Notes under the pieces: model-generated
The model's database searches: none
The model's input: only the letters and a program-made list of their open reading frames with translations
Told to the model about the DNA's origin: nothing
Source: Eledone cirrhosa
Taxonomy: Eukaryota
Direction of reading: 5' to 3'
Assembly: GCA_964016885.1 (NCBI GenBank)
Contig: OZ024758.1
Location: forward strand, 33,790,001 to 33,854,000
DNA: 64,000 nucleotides
Shown here: piece by piece, positions 56,111 through 64,000 of the stretch
How the letters are laid out: every line of letters starts with the position of its first letter
Position numbering within the stretch: position 1 is the first letter of the stretch
Position numbers and translations under genes: made by a program

Positions 56111-58559
56111 TAAGCTGTCAGAAGTAACTCCACTGTTGGTGAGAATTCATTTAAGTTCATGGTATTAGCTGTCAGAAGGAACTCCAATGTTGGTGAGAAT
56201 TCATTTAAGTCATGGTACTAGCTGTCAGAAGTAACTCCACTGTTGGTGAGAATTCATTTAAGTTCATGGTATTAGCTGTCAGAAGGAACGCCACTGTTGG
56301 TGAGAATTCATTTAAGTTCATGGTATTAGCTGTCAGAAGTAACTCCACTGTTGGTGAGAATTCATTTAAGTTCATGGTACTAGCTGTCAGAAGTAACTCC
56401 AATGTTGGTGAGAATTCATTTAAGTTCATGGTATTAGCTGTCAGAAGGAACTCCACTGTTGGTGAGAATTCATTTAAGTTCATGGTATTAGCTGTCAGAA
56501 GTAACTCCACTGTTGGTGAGAATTCATTTAAGTTCATGGTATTAGTTTGTCAGAAGTAACTCCACTGTTGGTGAGAATTCATTTAAGTCATGGTATTAGT
56601 TGTCAGAAGTAACTCCAATGTTGGTGAGAATTCATTTAAGTTCATGGTATTAGCTGTCAGAAGGAACTCCAATGTTCGTGAGAATTCATTTAAGTCATGG
56701 TACTAAATGTCAGAAGTAACTCCACTGTTGGTGAGAATTCATTTAAGTTCATGGTATTAGCTGTCAGAAGGAACGCCACTGTTGGTGAGAATTCATTTAA
56801 GTTCACGGTATTAGCTGTCAGAAGTAACTCCACTGTTGGTGAGAATTCATTTAAGTTCATGGTACTAGCTGTCAGAAGTAACTCCAATGTTGGTGAGAAT
56901 TCATTTAAGTTCATGGTATTAGCTGTCAGAAGGAACTCCACTGTTGGTGAGAATTCATTTAAGTTCATGGTATTAGCTGTCAGAAGTAACTCCACTGTTG
57001 GTGCGAATTCATTTAAGTCATGGTATTAGCTGTGAGAAGTAACTCCATTGTTGGTGAGAATTCATTTAAGTCATGGTACTAGCTGTCAGAAGTAACTCCA
57101 CTGTTGGTGAGAATTCATTTAAGTTCATGGTATTAGTTTGTCAGAAGTAACTCCACTGTTGGTGAGAATTCATTTAAGTCATGGTATTAGTTGTCAGAAG
57201 TAACTCCAATGTTGGTGAGAATTCATTTAAGTTCATGGTACTAGCTGTTAGAAGTAACTCCACTGTTGGTGAGAATTCATTTAAGTTCATGGTATTAGTT
57301 TGTCAGAAGTAACTCCACTGTTGGTGAGAATTCATTTAAGTCATGGTATTAGTTGTCAGAAGTAACTCCAATGTTGGTGAGAATTCATTTAAGTTCATGG
57401 TACTAGCTGTCAGAAGTAACTCCATTGTTGGTGAGAATTCATTTAAGTTCATGGTACTAGCTGTCAGAAGTAACTCCACTGTTGGTGAGAATTCATTTAA
57501 GTTCATGGTATTAGTTTGTCAGAAGTAACTCCACTGTTGGTGAGAATTCATTTAAGTCATGGTACTAGCTGTCAGAAGTAACTCCAATGTTGGTGAGAAT
57601 TCATTTAAGTTCATGGTATTAGCTGTCAGAAGGAACTCCACTGTTGGTGAGAATTCATTTAAGTTCATGGTATTAGCTGTCAGAAGTAACTCCACTGTTG
57701 GTGAGAATTCATTTAAGTCATGGTATTAGCTGTCAGAAGTAACTCCATTGTTGGTGAGAATTCATTTAAGTCATGGTACTAGCTGTCACAAGTAACTCCA
57801 CTGTTGGTGAGAATTCATTTAAGTTCATGGTATTAGTTTGTCAGAAGTAACTCCACTGTTGGTGAGAATTCATTTAAGTCATGGTATTAGTTGTCAGAAG
57901 TAACTCCAATGTTGGTGAGAATTCATTTAAGTTCATGGTACTAGCTGTCAGAAGTAACTCCATTGTTGGTGAGAATTCATTTAAGTTCATGGTACTAGCT
58001 GTCAGAAGTAACTCCACTGTTGGTGAGAATTCATTTAAGTTCATGGTATTAGTTTGTCAGAAGTAACTCCACTGTTGGTGAGAATTCATTTAAGTCATGG
58101 TATTAGTTGTCAGAAGTAACTCCAATGTTGGTGAGAATTCATTTAAGTCATGGTACTAGCTGTCAGAAGTAACTCCAATGTTGGTGAGAATTCATTTAAG
58201 TTCATGGTATTAGCTGTCAGAAGGAACTCCACTGTTGGTGAGAATTCATTTAAGTTCATGGTATTAGCTGTCAGAAGTAACTTCACTGTTGGTGAGAATT
58301 CATTTAAGTTCATGGTACTAGCTGTCAGAAGTAACTCCAATGTTGGTGAGAATTCATTTAAGTTCATGGTATTAGCTGTCAGAAGTAACTCCACTGTTGG
58401 TGAGAATTCATTTAAGTCATGGTATTAGTTGTCAGAAGGAACGCCACTGTTGGTGAGAATTCATTTAAGTTCACGGTATTAGCTGTCAGAAGTAACTCCA
58501 CTGTTGGTGAGAATTCATTTAAGTTCATGGTACTAGCTGTCAGAAGTAACTCCAATGTT

Positions 58560-61300
58560 GGTGAGAATTCATTTAAGTTCATGGTATTAGCTGTCAGAAG
58601 GAACTCCACTGTTGGTGAGAATTCATTTAAGTTCATGGTATTAGCTGTCAGAAGTAACTCCACTGTTGGTGCGAATTCATTTAAGTCATGGTATTAACTG
58701 TCAGAAGTAACTCCATTGTTGGTGAGAATTCATTTAAGTCATGGTACTAGCTGTCAGAAGTAACTCCACTGTTGGTGAGAATTCATTTAAGTTCATGGTA
58801 TTAGTTTGTCAGAAGTAACTCCACTGTTGGTGAGAATTCATTTAAGTCATGGTATTAGTTGTCAGAGGTAACTCCAATGTTGGTGAGAATTCATTTAAGT
58901 TCATGGTACTAGCTGTCAGAAGTAACTCCATTGTTGGTGAGAATTCATTTAAGTTCATGGTACTAGCTGTCAGAAGTAACTCCACTGTTGGTGAGAATTC
59001 ATTTAAGTTCATGGTATTAGTTTGTCAGAAGTAACTCCACTGTTGGTGAGAATTAATTTAAGTCATGGTATTAGTTGTCAGAAGTAACTCCAATGTTGGT
59101 GAGAATTCATTTAAGTCATGGTACTAGCTGTCAGAAGTAACTACAATGTTGGTGAGAATTCATTTAAGTTCATGGTATTAGCTGTCAGAAGGAACTCCAC
59201 TGTTGGTGAGAATTCATTTAAGTTCATGGTATTAGCTGTCAGAAGTAACTCCACTGTTGGTGAGAATTCATTTAAGTTCATGGTACTAGCTGTCAGAAGT
59301 AACTCCAATGTTGGTGAGAATTCATTTAAGTTCATGGTATTAGCTGTCAGAAGTAACTCCACTGTTGGTGAGAATTCATTTAAGTTCATGGTATTAGCTG
59401 TCAGAAGTAACTCCAATGTTGGTGAGAATTCATTTAAGTTCATGGTATTAGGTGTCAGAAGTAACTCCACTGTTGGTGAGAATTCATTTAAGTTCATGGT
59501 ATTAGCTGTCAGAAGTAACTCCACTGTTGGTGAGAATTCATTTAAGTTCATGGTATTAGTTTGTCAGAAGTAACTCCACTGTTGGTGAGAATTCATTTAA
59601 GTCATGGTATTAGTTGTCAGAAGTAACTCCAATGTTGGTGAGAATTCATTTAAGTTCATGGTACTAGCTGTCAGAAGTAACTCCACTGTTGGTGAGAATT
59701 CATTTAAGTTCATGGTATTAGCTGTCAGAAGTAACTCCACTGTTGGTGAGAATTCATTTAAGGCATGGTATTAGCTGTCAGAAGTAACTCCATTGTTGGT
59801 GAGAATTCATTTAAGTCATGGTACTAGCTATCAGAAGTAACTCCACTGTTGGTGAGAATTCATTTAAGTTCATAGTACTAGCTGTCAGAAGTAACTCCAC
59901 TGTTGGTGAGAATTCATTTAAGTTCATGGTACTAGCTGTCAGAAGTAACTCCACTGTTTGTGAGAATTCATTTAAGTTCATGGTATTAGCTGTCAGAAGG
60001 AACTCCACTGTTGGTGAGAATTCATTTAAGTTCATGGTATTAGCTGTCAGAAGTAACTCCACTGTTGGTGCGAATTCATTTAAGTCATGGTATTAGCTGT
60101 CAGAAGTAACTCCATTGTTGGTGAGAATTCATTTAAGTCATGGTACTAGCTGTCAGAAGTAACTCCACTGTTGGTGAGAATTCATTTAAGTTCATGGTAT
60201 TAGTTTGTCAGAAGTAACTCCACTGTTGGTGAGAATTCATTTAAGTCATGGTATTAGTTGTCAGAAGTAACTCCAATGTTGGTGAGAATTCATTTAAGTT
60301 CATGGTACTAGCTGTCAGAAGTAACTCCATTGTTGGTGAGAATTCATTTAAGTTCATGGTACTAGCTGTCAGAAGTAACTCCACTGTTGGTGAGAATTCA
60401 TTTAAGTTCATGGTATTAGTTTGTCAGAAGTAACTCCACTGTTGGTGAGAATTCATTTAAGTCATGGTATTAGTTGTCAGAAGTAACTCCAATGTTGGTG
60501 AGAATTCATTTAAGTCATGGTACTAGCTGTCAGAAGTAACTCCAATGTTGGTGAGAATTCATTTAAGTTCATGGTATTAGCTGTCAGAAGGAACTCCACT
60601 GTTGGTGAGAATTCATTTAAGTTCATGGTATTAGCTGTCAGAAGTAACTCCACTGTTGGTGAGAATTCATTTAAGTTCATGGTACTAGCTGTCAGAAGTA
60701 ACTCCAATGTTGGTGAGAATTCATTTAAGTTCATGGTATTAGCTGTCAGAAGTAACTCCACTGTTGGTGAGAATTCATTTAAGTTCATGGTATTAGCTGT
60801 CAGAAGTAACTCCAATGTTGGTGAGAATTCATTTAAGTTCATGGTATTAGCTGTCAGAAGTAACTCCACTGTTGGTGAGAATTCATTTAAGTTCATGGTA
60901 TTAGCTGTCAGAAGTAACTCCACTGTTGGTGAGAATTCATTTAAGTTCATGGTATTAGTTTGTCAGAAGTAACTCCACTGTTGGTGAGAATTCATTTAAG
61001 TCATGGTATTAGTTGTCAGAAGTAACTCCACTGTTGGTGAGAATTCATTTAAGTTCATGGTATTAGCTGTCAGAAGTAACTCCACTGTTGGTGAGAATTC
61101 ATTTAAGGCATGGTATTAGCTGTCAGAAGTAACTCCATTGTTGGTGAGAATTCATTTAAGTCATGGTACTAGCTATCAGAAGTAACTCCACTGTTGGTGA
61201 GAATTCATTTAAGTTCATAGTACTAGCTGTCAGAAGTAACTCCACTGTTGGTGAGAATTCATTTAAGTTCATGGTACTAGCTGTCAGAAGTAACTCCACT
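58560..61300 (+). repeat. ~1.35-1.4-kb tandem duplication (offset 1,399, then 1,345 after loss of one monomer); a further partial copy starts near 63.1 kb
   Basis: ORF pairs 58849/60248, 59118/60517, 59818/61163 and 60248/63316. Shared AAGGCATG, GCTATC and CATAGT variants at ~59.76-59.88 kb and ~61.10-61.22 kb. Confidence 0.8.
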
Positions 61301-64000
61301 GTTTGTGAGAATTCATTTAAGTTCATGGTACTAGCTGTCATAAGTAACTCCACTGTTGGTGAGAATTCATTTAAGTTCATGGTATTAGCTGTCAGAAGTC
61401 ACTCCAATGTTGGTGAGAATTCATTTAAGTTCATGGTATTAGCTGTCAGAAGTCACTCCACTGTTGGTGAGAATTCATTTAAGTTCATGGTACTAGCTGT
61501 CAGAAGTAACCCCAATGTTGGTGAGAATTCATTTAAGTTCATGGTATTAGCTGTCAGAAGTCACTCCAATGTTGGTGAGAATTCATTTAAGTTCATGGTA
61601 TTAGCTGTCAGAAGTAACTCCACTGTTGGTGAGAATTCATTTAAGTTCATGGTATTAGCTGTCAGAAGTAACTCCACTGTTGGTGAGAATTCATTTAAGT
61701 TCATGGTATTAGCTGTCAGAAGAAACTCCACTGTTGGTGAGAATTCATTTAAGTTCATGGTATTAGCTGTCAGAAGTTACTCCAATGTTGGTGAGAAATC
61801 ATTTAAGTCATGGTACTAGCTGTCAGAAGTAACTCCACTGTTGGTGAGAATTCATTTAAGTTCATGGTATTAGCTGTCAGAAGGAACGCCACTGTTGGTG
61901 AGAATTCATTTAAGTTCATGGTATTAGCTGTCAGAAGTAACTCCACTGTTGGTGAGAATTCATTTAAGTTCATGGTACTAGCTGTCAGAAGTAACTCCAA
62001 TGTTGGTGAGAATTCATTTAAGTCATGGTATTAGCTGTCAGAAGTAACTCCATTGTTGGTGAGAATTCATTTAAGTCATGGCACTAGCTGTCAGCAGTAA
62101 CTCCACTGTTGGTGAGAATTCATTTAAGTTCATGGTATTAGCTGTCAGAAGGAACTCCACTGTTGGTGAGAATTCATTTAAGTTCATGGTACTAGCTGTC
62201 AGAAGTAACTCCACTGTTTGTGAGAACTTATTTAAGTTCATGGTATTAGTTTGTCAGAAGTAACTCCACTGTTGGTGAGAATTCATTTAAGTCATGGTAT
62301 TAGTTGTCAGAAGTAACTCCAATGTTGGTGAGAATTCATTTAAGTCATGGTACTAGCTGTCAGAAGTAACTCCAATGTTGGTGAGAATTCATTTAAGTTC
62401 ATGGTATTAGCTGTCAGAAGGAACTCCACTGTTGGTGAGAATTCATTTAAGTTCATGGTATTAGCTGTCAGAAGTAACTCCACTGTTGGTGAGAATTCAT
62501 TTAAGTTCATGGTACTAGCTGTCAGAAGTAACTCCACTGTTGGTGAGAATTCATTTAAGTCATGGTATTAGCTGTCAGAAGTAACTCCAATGTTGGTGAG
62601 AATTCATTTAAGTTCATGGTATTAGCTGTCAGAAGTAACTCCACTGTTTGTGAGAATTCATTTAAGTTCATGGTATTAGCTGTCAGAAGTAACTCCACTG
62701 TTGGTGAGAATTCATTTAAGTTCATGTTACTAGCTGTCAGAAGTAACTCCACTGTTGGTGAGAATTCATTTAAGCTCATGGTATTAGCTGTCAGAAGTAA
62801 CTCCACTGTTGGTGAGAATTCATTTAAGTTCATGGTATTAGCTGTCAGAAGTAACTCCACTGTTGGTGAGAATTCATTTAAGTTCATGGTACTAGCTGTC
62901 AGAAGTAACTCCACTGTTGGTGAGAATTCATTTAAGTTCATGGTAATAGTTTGTCAGAAGTAACTCCACTGTTGGTGAGAATTCATTTAAGTCATGGTAT
63001 TAGTTGTCAGAAGTAACTCCAATGTTGGTGAGAATTCATTTAAGTTCATGGTACTAGCTGTCAGAAGTAACTCCACTGTTGGTGAGAATTCATTTAAGTT
63101 CATGGTATTAGCTGTCAGAAGTAACTCCACTGTTGGTGCGAATTCATTTAAGTCATGGTATTAGCTGTCAGAAGTAACTCCATTGTTGGTGAGAATTCAT
63201 TTAAGTCATGGTACTAGCTGTCAGAAGTAACTCCACTGTTGGTGAGAATTCATTTAAGTTCATGGTATTAGTTTGTCAGAAGTAACTCCACTGTTGGTGA
63301 GAATTCATTTAAGTCATGGTATTAGTTGTCAGAAGTAACTCCAATGTTGGTGAGAATTCATTTAAGTTCATGGTACTAGCTGTCAGAAGTAACTCCATTG
63401 TTGGTGAGAATTCATTTAAGTTCATGGTACTAGCTGTCAGAAGTAACTCCACTGTTGGTGAGAATTCATTTAAGTTCATGGTATTAGTTTGTCAGAAGTA
63501 ACTCCACTGTTGGTGAGAATTCATTTAAGTCATGGTATTAGTTGTCAGAAGTAACTCCAATGTTGGTGAGAATTCATTTAAGTCATGGTACTAGCTGTCA
63601 GAAGTAACTCCAATGTTGGTGAGAATTCATTTAAGTTCATGGTATTAGCTGTCAGAAGGAACTCCACTGTTGGTGAAAATTCATTTAAGTTCATGGTATT
63701 AGCTGTCAGAAGTAACTCCACTGTTGGTGAGAATTCATTTAAGTTCATGGTACTAGCTGTCAGAAGTAACTCCAATGTTGGTGAGAATTCATTTAAGTTC
63801 ATGGTATTAGCTGTCAGAAGTAACTCCACTGTTGGTGAGAATTCATTTAAGTTCATGGTATTAGCTGTCAGAAGTAACTCCAATGTTGGTGAGAATTCAT
63901 TTAAGTTCATGGTATTAGCTGTCAGAAGTAACTCCACTGTTGGTGAGAATTCATTTAAGTTCATGGTATTAGCTGTCAGAAGTAACTCCACTGTTGGTGA

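Larger units (their letters stand above)
1..64000 (+). repeat. Tandem satellite DNA array, 54-bp monomer (53/54/55-bp length variants), ~1,190 head-to-tail copies, extends past both window edges
   Basis: Consensus CATGGTA(T/C)TAGCTGTCAGAAG(T/G)AACTCCA(C/A/T)TGTTGGTGAGAATTCATTTAAG(T)T repeats continuously from base 1 to 64000. Most monomers differ from consensus at only 0-3 positions. GAATTC occurs in nearly every monomer. Confidence 0.99.

Noticed and set aside
2-63501. Plus-strand ORFs encoding (MVLAVRSNSTVGENSFKF)n, up to 308 aa (16729-17655)
   Set aside because: They follow from a 54-bp (18-codon) unit with one stop-free frame. Frameshifting 53/55-bp monomers occur every few units and there are no unique N- or C-terminal domains. 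The commonest variant (TTA/CTA) is synonymous, but most others are non-synonymous and one creates an in-frame stop (~31226).
238-63991. Minus-strand ORFs encoding (MNLNEFSPTVELLLTANT)n, superficially leucine-rich-repeat-like
   Set aside because: Same artefact on the opposite strand. They lack a true LxxLxLxxN consensus and are broken by indels and stop-creating variants.
1-64000. CRISPR array or repeat-spacer system
   Set aside because: There are no unique spacers, the whole 54 bp is repeated, and no cas genes are present.
1-64000. Programmed frameshift, phase-variation or antigenic-variation cassette system, or an information-encoding variant 'code'
   Set aside because: No expression locus, recombinase or reverse transcriptase is present. 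The variant order is explained by nested duplication of a few ancestral mutations.
1-64000. Telomerase-type telomeric repeat, rDNA/5S, tRNA or snRNA tandem gene array
   Set aside because: The unit is not a short G-rich repeat (only a mild G>C, T>A skew) and is too short for these RNAs, with no recognisable structure or Pol III boxes. A long-repeat subtelomeric role cannot be excluded without genomic context.
1-64000. Concatemer or rolling-circle sequencing artefact, or synthetic EcoRI ligation product
   Set aside because: Variants are inherited in hierarchical, collinear blocks with serial mutations, and orientation never flips. That pattern fits genuine evolved satellite DNA.

Overview
The entire 64 kb window is one uninterrupted, single-orientation tandem satellite array. 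Its 54-bp monomer has the consensus CATGGTAYTAGCTGTCAGAAGTAACTCCACTGTTGGTGAGAATTCATTTAAGTT (about 37-39% GC, one EcoRI site, no CpG). There are roughly 1,190 copies, estimated as 64,000 / ~53.8 bp. I saw no unique sequence, transposon insertion, inversion, RNA gene, CRISPR spacer or credible gene. All listed ORFs arise because the 54-mer is stop-free in one frame per strand, and common 53/55-bp indel monomers break them. The informative structure is the order of monomer variants: conserved multi-monomer cassettes, nested tandem duplications of 216 bp to 8.3 kb, a diverged 22-24 kb long-range duplication, and domains with private diagnostic variants. This is typical of eukaryotic centromeric, pericentromeric or subtelomeric satellite DNA with irregular higher-order repeats (HORs). 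The organism, satellite family and function cannot be determined from the sequence alone. I found no support for a novel protein-coding system. Block boundaries and differences were read by eye and are approximate to about one monomer.
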